From the NCBI GenBank assembly GCA_001782035.1, contig MFNL01000004.1, positions 9,290 to 73,289 of the forward strand: 64,000 nucleotides of DNA, written 5' to 3'. Both the position numbers and the translations under genes were made by a program. The notes below the pieces were generated by a model. That model made no database searches. It worked only from the letters and a program-made list of their open reading frames with translations, and was not told the DNA's origin. Source of the stretch: Candidatus Levybacteria bacterium RIFCSPHIGHO2_01_FULL_37_17 (lineage in GTDB: Bacteria > Patescibacteriota > Microgenomatia > Levybacterales > UBA12049). Of the stretch, positions 63,948 through 64,000 are shown piece by piece (the first letter of the stretch is position 1; each line of letters begins with the position of its first letter).

Positions 63948-64000
63948 CAAAAGGCCTCTAGTTTGATATATTCCCGAGCAATATGGCAGCAGAAATTGAT

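Noticed and set aside
1-64000. Possibility that the window is prophage or phage DNA (tail-fibre S74 domain, integrase-type domains, excisionase-like gene)
   Set aside because: The window is dominated by core genes (aaRS genes, r-proteins, secE/nusG, mre operon, fmt/def). There are no capsid, terminase or portal genes and no recombinase catalytic domain. The phage-like pieces are isolated domains or remnants.

Overview
This 64 kb window reads as chromosomal DNA from an AT-rich, small-genome bacterium with Gram-positive-like surface biology. By inference it is plausibly a Candidate Phyla Radiation (Patescibacteria) lineage. The supporting observations are: TGA is used as a stop codon (standard genetic code); NusG, L1 and L10 carry long low-complexity extensions; there is a 2563-aa surface protein; three O-antigen-ligase-like proteins with TPR repeats are present; a sortase is encoded; comEA, comEC and dprA are present; and many genes have consensus sigma70-like promoters, some nearly leaderless.

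Housekeeping content, as read from the sequence:
- leuS, argS, ndk, fmt, def, rpmB and galU.
- A minus-strand block secE-nusG-rplK-rplA ... rplJ-rplL.
- An mreB-mreC-mreD-mrdA(PBP2) operon, plus a second stand-alone mreB paralog.
- A VKOR/DsbA disulfide-bond pair, an M16 peptidase, an M50 protease and a PAP2 phosphatase.
- tRNAs: Arg(CCT) and Pro(CGG) in tandem on the plus strand; Thr(TGT)-Tyr(GTA)-Thr(GGT) on the minus strand with 1-nt spacers; Trp(CCA) on the plus strand.

Accessory or unusual content:
- (i) A 7.7 kb gene for a giant membrane-anchored protein. Its cytoplasmic N-terminus carries two tandem tyrosine-recombinase core-binding (SAM-like) domains. One TM helix follows, then a very long Thr/Ser/Gly/Asn-rich repetitive ectodomain. 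Inside that ectodomain is an internal phage tail-fibre-type intramolecular-chaperone (peptidase S74) domain.
- (ii) Two loci encoding signal-peptide/C-terminal-TM proteins plus secreted Ser/Thr-rich proteins that share a C-terminal motif. They resemble the Csc (WxL/DUF916) cell-surface complexes of Firmicutes. One of these loci (about 4.5 kb) sits inside the ribosomal-protein operon between rplA and rplJ. It is bounded by a roughly 180-bp direct repeat of the rplA 3' end, which is an insertion-cassette signature.
- (iii) An orphan excisionase-family HTH gene next to rplL.
- (iv) A 20-bp duplication of the tRNA-Thr 3' end.
- (v) comEC split into two overlapping ORFs.
- (vi) An array of small ORFs, each behind a near-consensus promoter.
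- (vii) A promoter-driven structured non-coding stretch between the PAP2 gene and the tRNA cluster.

No CRISPR array, rRNA gene or complete mobile element (integrase or transposase catalytic domain) was found. Coordinates read directly from the sequence should be taken as accurate to a few nucleotides.
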